Assembly (NCBI GenBank): GCA_964629685.1
Contig: CAZVTT010000001.1
Location: 319,796 to 383,795, forward strand
Length of the DNA: 64,000 nt
Origin: an uncultured Gammaproteobacteria bacterium
GTDB taxonomy: Bacteria > Patescibacteriota > Microgenomatia > UBA10105 > UBA927
Direction: 5' to 3'
Position 1 is the stretch's first letter; the number at the start of each line of letters is the position of its first letter. Of the stretch, positions 1 to 8,455 are shown piece after piece. The notes under the pieces were generated by a model. The model did no database searches, had not been told where the DNA came from, and saw only the letters and a program-made list of their open reading frames with translations. The position numbers and the translations under genes are program-made.

Positions 1-2
1 AA

Positions 3-230
3 CCGGGTTGGCAAGGGATAAGGGAGCATAAGGAGTATTATGAAGAACACAAAACCGATTCGGATAGGATTATAGAAATTATAGACGAACGGATACGTAA
101 CATAACTGCCGTCGTAAAGCGCATGAAAGCAAACCAATGGCTTTCGGATGCTGAAAGACAATATACGGAAAGAGATCAGGGTTTATCAGAGGAGCAGTTA
201 AGGTTAGCGGATAAGTTAAATTCACAATAA
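3..230 (+). CDS. 3' end of a hypothetical protein truncated by the window start
   Basis: Frame 3 is open from the edge (PGWQGIREHKEYY...LADKLNSQ) to TAA at 228-230, convergent with msrA. Confidence 0.6.
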   Translation, partial: PGWQGIREHKEYYEEHKTDSDRIIEIIDERIRNITAVVKRMKANQWLSDAERQYTERDQGLSEEQLRLADKLNSQ

Positions 231-241
231 CAGCGAGATCA

Positions 242-802
242 TTATTCCGTTTTATATTCCGGTTTTACATATGTACGGAAATCGGTAAGCAACTTGCTGA
301 TTTTTGGATCAATGACGATCTGGCAATACCCCTGGTAAGAATTCTTGGCGTAATAGTCTGCATGATATGATTCTGCCGGAAAAAATTTTGTGGCGGGAAG
401 AATTTCCGTAACAATAGATGTTCCGATTTTTTGGGATTCACTTTCCTTTGATTGTTCTGCTAGTTGCTTTTGCATCGGTGTATGGAAAAAAATTACAGAT
501 CTATATTGGGTTCCTGAGTCTGCTCCTTGTCTGTCTTTACTTGTCGGATCGTGAACGTGCCAAAATATTTCAAGTAGCTGATTAAAGGAAATAAGGGCAG
601 TATCATAAATCATTTCTATTGCTTCGACATGTCCGGTTTTTCCTGAACAGACATCATCATATGTGGGGTTATCTTTCGTACCGCCGATATACCCAGGAGT
701 TACGGATATTACTCCGATTACCCGTTTAAAGATTGCTTCCGTGCACCAAAAACAGCCACCAGCGAATGTTGCTTTTTCCGTACTATCCGTGATTTTGTCC
801 AT
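242..802 (-). CDS. msrA: Peptide-methionine (S)-S-oxide reductase MsrA
   Basis: FAGGCFWCTE active-site motif, GHVEA, DPT, QYRS, AESYH..Y and GYC motifs; likely start at 802 (MDKITD) rather than 820. Confidence 0.95.
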   Translation of the reverse strand: MDKITDSTEKATFAGGCFWCTEAIFKRVIGVISVTPGYIGGTKDNPTYDDVCSGKTGHVEAIEMIYDTALISFNQLLEIFWHVHDPTSKDRQGADSGTQYRSVIFFHTPMQKQLAEQSKESESQKIGTSIVTEILPATKFFPAESYHADYYAKNSYQGYCQIVIDPKISKLLTDFRTYVKPEYKTE

Positions 803-886
803 ATGTCTTGAATTATGCATTTTTTGTGTATGGCTCGTCTAGTAGCGCTGTTTCTGTGCCTTTTTATTGTAATTACCTTATCTGAC

Positions 887-1052
887 TGGTATACTAGAAG
901 ATATTGTTTAACGATTTAAAGTCGTTCCTCTGCTTCAGTGTGACTGTCCGAATAAAGCGGATTGTATGAGATAAATTTTTCTTATCGCATAGGGAAGCAG
1001 CTAAACACCTTTAAGTGAGAGTATCCCATGACGAAAGGAGGCGAAGAAAAGT
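887..1052 (+). promoter_or_regulatory. Extended -10 promoter and structured 5' UTR of the RRM gene
   Basis: TGgTATACT at 887-895; nested stems 905-910/1002-1007, 930-936/994-1000, 965-974/982-991; SD AAAGGAGG before ATG 1053. Confidence 0.6.
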
Positions 1053-1403
1053 ATGGCTAAAAGACTATTTGTAGGAAATCTTTCCTATAACACCGCACAG
1101 GATGCACTTGAACAGGCATTCGGACAAGTTGGACCAGTTGCGTCAGTAACAATGGTGACGGATAAATATTCCGGACAAAGCAAAGGATTTGCGTTTGTCG
1201 AAATGACAACTGATGCCGATGCACAATCAGCAATCCAGACATTGAACGGAACGACATTAGACGGTCGACAGATCGTTGTAAATGAAGCACGACCGCGTGA
1301 AGAACGGTCAGATCGGTTTTCAGGAGGTCCGGGAAGAGGCGGAAATCGGGATTTTGACCGACGCGGTGGCGGCGGTTTCTCCCGTTCACCTCGACGACGG
1401 TAA
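1053..1403 (+). CDS. RRM (RNP-1) RNA-binding protein with Gly/Arg-rich tail
   Basis: RNP2 LFVGNL, RNP1 KGFAFVEM, VNEARPRE and RGG-like C-terminus. Confidence 0.95.
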   Translation: MAKRLFVGNLSYNTAQDALEQAFGQVGPVASVTMVTDKYSGQSKGFAFVEMTTDADAQSAIQTLNGTTLDGRQIVVNEARPREERSDRFSGGPGRGGNRDFDRRGGGGFSRSPRRR

Positions 1404-1417
1404 AGAGAAAGGGGCTC

Positions 1418-1654
1418 ATGGCTAATCAAGATACGACATACCCGTGTATTCGTTGCGGTAAAGCGCGCGTAGTTGCACGGAAATGGGAAGAACAGGTAAA
1501 AACACTAACAGGGTTCACCGTTATTATACGGACGGAGACTGTGTGTCCTGATCCGGAATGTCAGCGTGCGTTAGAAGTGACGCTTGCTGATCAGGAACGG
1601 AAAAGGGTGGAGCACCAACGTGGACACAAACACAAAGGTGCGTCTGTAAAATAA
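1418..1654 (+). CDS. Small putative zinc-ribbon protein
   Basis: CIRCGK ... CPDPEC (4 Cys), basic tail, purine-rich SD, 14 bp after the RRM gene. Confidence 0.75.
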   Translation: MANQDTTYPCIRCGKARVVARKWEEQVKTLTGFTVIIRTETVCPDPECQRALEVTLADQERKRVEHQRGHKHKGASVK

Positions 1655-1717
1655 CGTTGGCGTTTAGGGTGATACTAATACTATTCAATTCCCGATTCGC
1701 AAAGAGCGTATTTTCTC

Positions 1718-3286
1718 ATGAAAAAAGTCATTTCTTACTGGTACCTGGTCCCCTTTTTCTTAACCGTTCTCGGTATCCTTGATGCAGGTTATTTAACTTG
1801 GGAACATTTCAACAACGTTATTCCTCCCTGTTCAGTTCATATACTATTCGCCGACTGCGGACGCGTACTTACCAGTCCATATTCCATTCTCTTCGGAATC
1901 CCTTTGGCGCTTATCGGGTTAATTCACTATATGCTTGAGGCCGTAACGGCTGCAGTTGTAATTTTAACCGGGAATAAGTGGGCAAAGCGCATCTTAGTAC
2001 TGTTAGTTACCGGCGGATTACTGGCTTCCATGTATTTTGTATACATTATGTTGGGTATTATCGGAGCGATTTGCCTTTATTGTATGGGTTCCGCAATTAT
2101 AAGTTTCCTCCTCTTTGGATTTGTGCATTGGTTAATGCCAAATGAGCGGGTTTATTGGGTAGTATCCATCGGCGGACGGTTATACCGTAATGGAATTAAG
2201 CAAATATTTTTTCGATTCGAACCGGAGAAGATACATGTTTTTATGGTTGCTACAGGAGAGATTCTGGGAGCGAACCCACTGACACGGTGGCTTACTGGGT
2301 TTTTTCTCCATGTTAAGGATACAACTCTATCACAGACGACAAACGGTATATATTTTGAGAATCCTGTTGGGTTGGCAGCGGGATTTGATTATGAAGCTCA
2401 GCTGAGTCAAGTATTGGACCGTATATCCTTCGGGTTTCAAAGTGTGGGTACGATTACGCTAGGATCCTATGGCGGTAATCCCCGTCCCATGCTTGGACGT
2501 TTGCCTAAATCGAAATCGTTAATGGTAAATAAAGGTTTCAAAAATTTAGGGGTAAATGAGACGATCAAACGGTTGCAGAATAAATTATTCCGAATTCCGC
2601 TAGGAGTGAGTATCGGCCGTACCAACGGACGGGATATGTCACAAAAGGAAAGTATTCAGGATATCGTAAATTCATTTGAAGCGTTCGAATCAGCGTCAGT
2701 ATCACACGCGTATTATGAACTAAATATAAGTTGTCCTAACCTGTTGGGTTCCGTTTCATTTTATTCTCCGAAAGATCTGAACGAATTGCTGCAGGCAATT
2801 TCAAGATTAAAGATCATCAAGCCTGTATTCGTAAAGATGCCAATCGACAAAACGGATAAAGAAATATTGGCTATGATGCAGATCATAGCAAAATACGATT
2901 GGATAAAAGGACTTATTTTCGGAAATTTACAGAAAAACCGTAAAGATCCGGCTTTGGATTCCGGTGAAGTTGCGAAATTCCCGGTTGGTAATTTTAGCGG
3001 TAAGCCAACGTACCAACGGTCCAACGAGCTTATTACATTAGCCTACGAACACTATGCGGAACGATTTACTATTATTGGCTGTGGGGGAATTTTTACCGCT
3101 GAGGATGCTTACGAAAAAATCAAAAGAGGTGCATCGCTGGTGCAATTAATCACTGGTATGATTTTTAGGGGACCGCAGGTGATAGCAGATATAAATATCG
3201 GATTACGTGATTTATTGGATAAGGATGGGTACCATTCGTTATCTCAGGCTATTGGTGTATCTACAAAGAAGAAAATTAAAAACTAA
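1718..3286 (+). CDS. pyrD: VKOR domain fused to quinone-type (class 2) dihydroorotate dehydrogenase
   Basis: N-terminal ~140 aa: 4 hydrophobic helices, PPC..DCGRVL.SPYS and CLYC (VKOR); C-terminal: FFRFEPEKIH, NPVGLAAGFD, GTIT..GNPRP, ELNISCPN, GNFSGKP, IIGCGGI, GASLVQL. Confidence 0.9.
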   Translation: MKKVISYWYLVPFFLTVLGILDAGYLTWEHFNNVIPPCSVHILFADCGRVLTSPYSILFGIPLALIGLIHYMLEAVTAAVVILTGNKWAKRILVLLVTGGLLASMYFVYIMLGIIGAICLYCMGSAIISFLLFGFVHWLMPNERVYWVVSIGGRLYRNGIKQIFFRFEPEKIHVFMVATGEILGANPLTRWLTGFFLHVKDTTLSQTTNGIYFENPVGLAAGFDYEAQLSQVLDRISFGFQSVGTITLGSYGGNPRPMLGRLPKSKSLMVNKGFKNLGVNETIKRLQNKLFRIPLGVSIGRTNGRDMSQKESIQDIVNSFEAFESASVSHAYYELNISCPNLLGSVSFYSPKDLNELLQAISRLKIIKPVFVKMPIDKTDKEILAMMQIIAKYDWIKGLIFGNLQKNRKDPALDSGEVAKFPVGNFSGKPTYQRSNELITLAYEHYAERFTIIGCGGIFTAEDAYEKIKRGASLVQLITGMIFRGPQVIADINIGLRDLLDKDGYHSLSQAIGVSTKKKIKN

Positions 3287-3302
3287 ACCTCCGGAAACGC
3301 CA

Positions 3303-4199
3303 TTATAGTCCGTAAAATTCCAATCGTTCTTTTCCGATCCGTATCCGTGGTAAGGCAAGCCTTTGCCGTTTACATAAGATGCTGCCTGGTTGCGTGGAAA
3401 AGGCGAGTGTATAGTGATGAGTATTTAAATACTCAACGGCAGAATGGTTCATACTGCCATAGGGATAAGCAAATACTTTTTGTGAGTTTAAGTTGTTTTG
3501 TTCCAGATGAAGTTCTGCAGTACTAATTTCTTGAGCAATCGTTACGGGCGTACTGGCCACGGATTTATGTGACCAAGTGTGATTGGCAATATAAAAGACA
3601 GTACTATCTGCGAGTTCATGAATATTTTGCCATGTAAGGTATCCCGGATTCTGCAGTAGTCCTGTCGGAATAAACGCTGTAGCGTTAAAGCCAAATTCCT
3701 TTAATATTGGATATCCGTATATGTACAAATCTTCATACCCGTCGTCAAACGTAATTAGTATACTTTTCCGTGGCAGGGGAATAGATTTGTCAAAAAAATC
3801 ATTCAGCTGCGTTATTGAAACTGGTACGTAGCCTTCCTGTTTAAGGTATTCCATCTGTTGTCTGAATATTTCCGGCGAGACTGACAATCCGGAAAATCCC
3901 TGTTCCTTTGCGACGGCTTCCGTTTCGATATGGTGGTACATTAACGCCGGAGTTCTAGTGCAGGGACCATACTGTGTATTCTGTTCCTCAAATGTTAAGG
4001 TTTTTTTAGGAGAAACGACTCCTTGTCCGGCTGTCGGAATTGGTTTGAATGGTGAAGTGGAAACCAGTCCCGCGGTATGCGCTGCTTCCTTTACGGATAA
4101 AGAATTTGGTATGAGAGCAGTACACAATATGGCAGCCGAAAGAATCAGAATATATGGAAAGTGAGTATGAAATAATTTTCGTTTAGTGTACCCTTGCAT
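3303..4199 (-). CDS. Membrane-anchored polysaccharide deacetylase (NodB/CE4, IcaB/PgaB-like)
   Basis: LMYHH, ITFDDGY, NHTWSH, FAYPYG, LPRIR motifs; N-terminal TM. Confidence 0.9.
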   Translation of the reverse strand: MQGYTKRKLFHTHFPYILILSAAILCTALIPNSLSVKEAAHTAGLVSTSPFKPIPTAGQGVVSPKKTLTFEEQNTQYGPCTRTPALMYHHIETEAVAKEQGFSGLSVSPEIFRQQMEYLKQEGYVPVSITQLNDFFDKSIPLPRKSILITFDDGYEDLYIYGYPILKEFGFNATAFIPTGLLQNPGYLTWQNIHELADSTVFYIANHTWSHKSVASTPVTIAQEISTAELHLEQNNLNSQKVFAYPYGSMNHSAVEYLNTHHYTLAFSTQPGSILCKRQRLALPRIRIGKERLEFYGL

Positions 4200-4239
4200 A
4201 GGTTCCGTATTTTCGCTGATACGGACTACTTTCGCAAGT

Positions 4240-6780
4240 TTATCTAGATTTTAATGAAGTAAAAAAATATCGTTTAACAACCTCGACGCAGCAAAGATAC
4301 GTTATTACTATTCCGATTAGTGTTGTAAACACTAGGGGTGTTAACGGTGTAAATCCAAAAAGTTTCCCCAGTCCGGTAAACGGCAATAACCAACCAACCG
4401 CAACAGCAACAATTGTTGAAAAAAAGAGCGTCGGTTCGGGTGCGCTCTGTATAAACGGAATTTTTTTAGTTCGGATTATATATATAACCAGTGTTTGTGT
4501 CGCAAGTGATTCTAAAAACCAACCTGTTTGGAAACCGGATTGTGATAGGTGAAAAAGGCGATAGAGTACGAAAAATGTTATAAAGTCAAAGACTGAGCTT
4601 ATGCTACCGAATACGATCATAAAATTGCGGAGGAATGGCATATTCCATCGTCTGGGTTGGTTTATGTCTTCCGCATCAACCGTGTCTCCGGGAATAGTAA
4701 TTTGTGAAATATCGTAGAGCAAATTGTTTAGTAAGATCTGCATCGGCAACATGGGGAGAAAAGGTAAAAAAAGTACAGCTCCCAGCACACTGAACATATT
4801 CCCGAAATTAGAACTTACACCCATCATGGTATATTTCAACGTGTTTGCAAACGTTTTTCTTCCTGAAATAATTCCGTCTTTTAATACCGCTAAACTTTTA
4901 TTAGTAAGTATCATGTCTGCGGATTCTTTGGCTACATCTACTGCGTTTTCTACGGAAAGTCCGACATCCGCATTCTGTAATGAAGCTGCGTCATTTATAC
5001 CGTCACCCAAATATCCCACAACATGACCATTCATTTTTAGAGCACTAATAACTCTGTTTTTCTCGTCCGGAGCAAATCTCGCAAAGAGAGTAGTTTTCTC
5101 CACTACGATCCGTAATGCATCGTCAGTTAAATGATCAAGCTCGTGACCAAGAAGTGTTCCCTTAACAGGCAACCCTACTTCCCTGCAGATTTTTTCCGCA
5201 ACCAGCTCGTTGTCTCCCGTGATGACTTTCACGGTAACTCCCATAGTGTTTAGCTGCTGTATTACTTTTGAAACATCTGGTTTTGGCGGGTCCAGAAACG
5301 CAATAAATCCCAGCAGTTCCATCGCGTGCTCGTCTTTTACCGAGTATATATCCGTATGTGAACTAATAGGCTTACGTGCGACCGCTAATACCCGGAATCC
5401 ATCCGCACTCAGCTGTTGATACTGCTTTGTAGCTTTTTCTCTGATTTCTGAGGTAAATGGGTGAATATGATTTTCACGCATAACCTGTGTGCTACATCTG
5501 AATATTTCTTCCGGTGCGCCTTTGGTAATGAGGAAGCGCTGGTTGTGCTTTTCTGCGACGACACTCATTCGTTTTCTGACAAAGTCGAAGGGAATTTCGT
5601 CTATTTTCGTGTAACCATGATTAGGTACCTTCTTGTACGAAATTACGGCTTCGTCCATGGGATTTTTGATTCCGGATTGATAGCAACTATTTATATACGT
5701 ATGGATAAAAACAGTCTCGGAATGTTTCCCGAACATGTCAGTGTATTTTACAAGTTCAATGTGGTCCTTTGTGAGAGTTCCGGTTTTATCGGTACATAAT
5801 ATATCCATACTTCCTAAATTGGGTATGGATGTTAACTTTTTTACGATTACACCATGCTTTGCCATATTTACACTACCGCGAGACATGGTAACGGATAGGA
5901 TCATTGGTAATAATTCCGGCGTAAGTCCGACTGCAATTGCGACGGCAAAAGTAAATGATGTGAATAGATCAGTTTGCTTAAAAACGGTATTAAATAAAAA
6001 CACGAATAAAACAAAAAATATCGTGGTCCGTAGTATTAGAAAACTGAATTGTTTTATTCCTTTGGTAAATTCGCCTTCGATAGGTGTAGATTCAATTTGT
6101 TCAGCGATTTTTCCGAATTCAGTACGTTTCCCGGTATTGATTACGAGTCCTTTTGCCGTACCCGTAATAACACTGCTTCCCGACAATCCAATATTATGTA
6201 AATCTGGTAATCCGGATTGAACTGTGATTGCCTTTTCGTGTTTTTCCACAGGAAATGATTCACCAGTAAGTGCTGATTGATTAACGAAAAAATCTTTAGC
6301 TGTAAGAATTCGAATATCTGCCGGAATAAGTTCTCCTGAATGAAGTGAAACAATATCACCCGGAACCAGCTCCGTACTGGCAATTTCATGCTCTACTCCG
6401 TTACGGATAACAGACGTTTTAAAAGCGACTCTTTCTTTTAATTTCGCTGCTGCCCTGTCTGCTTTGAATTCTTGGGTAAAGTTTAATACGGCACTTACTG
6501 CGACTATTGCGAGAATTATTGTTCCGTCAACCGGTTGGTTTACGGTAAATGAAAGTGCAGCCGCAACAATAAGAGTGAGAACAAGTGGATTTTTAAATGT
6601 ACCGAGGAATTCCAGTAGAATATGTTTTTTTTTCTGTTCGGTAAGTTCGTTCTTACCCCAGAGTTTTTGCCTTTTTAACACTTCCGACTCCGAAAGTCCG
6701 TTTATATTCGAGGTAAGATTCCTTACTGCGGTATTGCAATCTACGCCGGAAATAGCTGAAAGTGATGGGGCGGTCATCAT
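4240..6780 (-). CDS. mgtA: Mg2+-translocating P-type ATPase
   Basis: TGES, AVGLTPELLP, DKTGTLT, GDGINDA, SSNFGNMFS, NNLLYD, FQTGWFLESLATQ. Confidence 0.95.
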   Translation of the reverse strand: MMTAPSLSAISGVDCNTAVRNLTSNINGLSESEVLKRQKLWGKNELTEQKKKHILLEFLGTFKNPLVLTLIVAAALSFTVNQPVDGTIILAIVAVSAVLNFTQEFKADRAAAKLKERVAFKTSVIRNGVEHEIASTELVPGDIVSLHSGELIPADIRILTAKDFFVNQSALTGESFPVEKHEKAITVQSGLPDLHNIGLSGSSVITGTAKGLVINTGKRTEFGKIAEQIESTPIEGEFTKGIKQFSFLILRTTIFFVLFVFLFNTVFKQTDLFTSFTFAVAIAVGLTPELLPMILSVTMSRGSVNMAKHGVIVKKLTSIPNLGSMDILCTDKTGTLTKDHIELVKYTDMFGKHSETVFIHTYINSCYQSGIKNPMDEAVISYKKVPNHGYTKIDEIPFDFVRKRMSVVAEKHNQRFLITKGAPEEIFRCSTQVMRENHIHPFTSEIREKATKQYQQLSADGFRVLAVARKPISSHTDIYSVKDEHAMELLGFIAFLDPPKPDVSKVIQQLNTMGVTVKVITGDNELVAEKICREVGLPVKGTLLGHELDHLTDDALRIVVEKTTLFARFAPDEKNRVISALKMNGHVVGYLGDGINDAASLQNADVGLSVENAVDVAKESADMILTNKSLAVLKDGIISGRKTFANTLKYTMMGVSSNFGNMFSVLGAVLFLPFLPMLPMQILLNNLLYDISQITIPGDTVDAEDINQPRRWNMPFLRNFMIVFGSISSVFDFITFFVLYRLFHLSQSGFQTGWFLESLATQTLVIYIIRTKKIPFIQSAPEPTLFFSTIVAVAVGWLLPFTGLGKLFGFTPLTPLVFTTLIGIVITYLCCVEVVKRYFFTSLKSR

Positions 6781-6861
6781 GTATTAAGTATACGCTTTTA
6801 TTGCATACGTAAAAATAACGTTAATCTTAAGCTTATTTGGCAGATAGAAATAAATGTGGAT

Positions 6862-7449
6862 TTATTTTTTCTGAAATACCGAGATTAAATCGTGTTGTTC
6901 ATTCTCCGACAGCCGAAATCCCGGAGTTAATACTTTCCGACGTGTTGTGACGTCATGTAAAACGATGCCTGCCGTAACAGAAACATTGATACTTTGAACG
7001 AACCCATACATGGGAATTTGGACAAGCATATCTGCCTTTTGTTTCATTGTCTCAGATATGCCGTTATGTTCATTTCCAAACACTAAAGCTATTTTGTTCG
7101 CATCAACAGGAACATGGTCTAACGTTACTGCTGAAGGAGAAAGCGCCGTAGCACAAATCAGGTACTGCTCTTTTTTGAGTTCTTTCAGGCAGTCTTCCGT
7201 TGAAGTAAATATATGAAACGTGAGCCATTTGTTTGCCGATGAGGATGAGGCTTTCCCTATATTTCTGGGATTGTATTCAACCTCCTGGTCAAAGATAAAA
7301 AAAACGTGTTGGATACCGAAAGCGTCGCAGGTACGAAGAATGGCCATGGCGTTGTGAGGATCGTGTATATCTTCAAGCACGACAATTAAACCGGCTTGTC
7401 TGGCGGCGGCTATCTTGGTGAATAGTTCAGTTCTGCTGGTGGAAGTCAT
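6862..7449 (-). CDS. trmH: SpoU/TrmH family RNA 2'-O-methyltransferase
   Basis: VLEDIHDPHNAMAILRTCDAFG, VFGNEHNG, IPMYGFVQSINVSV; SSSANKW segment typical of TrmH. Confidence 0.85.
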   Translation of the reverse strand: MTSTSRTELFTKIAAARQAGLIVVLEDIHDPHNAMAILRTCDAFGIQHVFFIFDQEVEYNPRNIGKASSSSANKWLTFHIFTSTEDCLKELKKEQYLICATALSPSAVTLDHVPVDANKIALVFGNEHNGISETMKQKADMLVQIPMYGFVQSINVSVTAGIVLHDVTTRRKVLTPGFRLSENEQHDLISVFQKK

Positions 7450-7575
7450 AAACTAAGTATTCAGATACAACGAACATACAGCAATGATGTGTAACATGCA
7501 ACGAAGGTATTAAGATGTACTTTCGGTTGTTTGGTGGATACGTATATAATGAAACCATAAAGAAAAGGAGATCCC

Positions 7576-7830
7576 ATGACAAAACAAAAGGCAAAAGTAG
7601 AATCGTTTACGGTAAATGGTGAAGAATTATTGCGGAAAGTGAAAGAATTAATTCACGAGGGCAATGTCCGAAAAATAACTATCCGTGATAAAGACGGTAA
7701 AACGTTGGTAGTATTGCCCCTGACTGTCGGTGTGGCAGCTGCAGTACTTGCTCCGGTACTGGCCGCTGTCGGCGCGATTGCCGCATTGGTTACTGAATGT
7801 ACGGTTAGTGTGGAACGGGGAGAGCATTAA
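7576..7830 (+). CDS. DUF4342-like small protein
   Basis: KVKELIHEGNVRKITI...LPLTVGV..A...P.LAAVGAIAALVTECT pattern; SD AAGGAG. Confidence 0.8.
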   Translation: MTKQKAKVESFTVNGEELLRKVKELIHEGNVRKITIRDKDGKTLVVLPLTVGVAAAVLAPVLAAVGAIAALVTECTVSVERGEH

Positions 7831-8147
7831 CCTATCTGTTCTATACGTACGACATCAATTGCCGGTTCTTCATACGGATGCACGTCCCGTATAGCGGTGA
7901 GTACTGCCGGAAGAGGTTCCGGGGGGCATATCATTTCGATTTTTACTTCTTCTTGTTGCGTTAGTGTCCCAATTTCACCGATTGCAGGATGAGACCCAGC
8001 TTGTGCAAACCATTGTCCGATTCCTTTTCCGATAAAGGCGCATTGACTATATCTGCCTACGGTACCTGCTCCGTTTGTAGTAGCAACCCGGATTATTCGC
8101 TGTATAAGCAACGGGTCATCCGGACAATAAATATGGAGCTTATACAT
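7827..8147 (-). CDS. Stand-alone YqfO/NIF3 PII-like (CutA-like) domain protein
   Basis: GAG.VG.YSQCAF..G.GQW....GSHPAIG..G.L...EE.KIE and HPYEEPA motifs. Confidence 0.85.
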   Translation of the reverse strand: MYKLHIYCPDDPLLIQRIIRVATTNGAGTVGRYSQCAFIGKGIGQWFAQAGSHPAIGEIGTLTQQEEVKIEMICPPEPLPAVLTAIRDVHPYEEPAIDVVRIEQIG

Positions 8148-8215
8148 ACCGGAAGTATATCATTCCGATAGTGTGGTGGCTATAACAAGCATAGGGATTT
8201 TTATAATAACTGAGC

Positions 8216-8410
8216 TCAACGGGTGTTTCTGATTTTCGCAGAAATAAAATCTTCGTATGAAGCTGTTGGAACTGCAGATTTATAGGTAACCCATTCATCA
8301 TCGATTTTGGTTGATGATATGGCATGTCGGGGAATATATGGACAATTTGAGCAACCATTCCCACAGCATGTTTTTTGTTTGAGTAACGCGTCAACCGGCA
8401 TGGGTTCCAT
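8216..8410 (-). CDS. Small Cys-rich protein (DUF5522-like)
   Basis: LL.Q.TCCGNGCSNCPY motif. Confidence 0.7.
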   Translation of the reverse strand: MEPMPVDALLKQKTCCGNGCSNCPYIPRHAISSTKIDDEWVTYKSAVPTASYEDFISAKIRNTR

Positions 8411-8455
8411 ATCCTGGTAGTATTGTTTGTTATATGGGTTTGGTCAATAGCAGGA

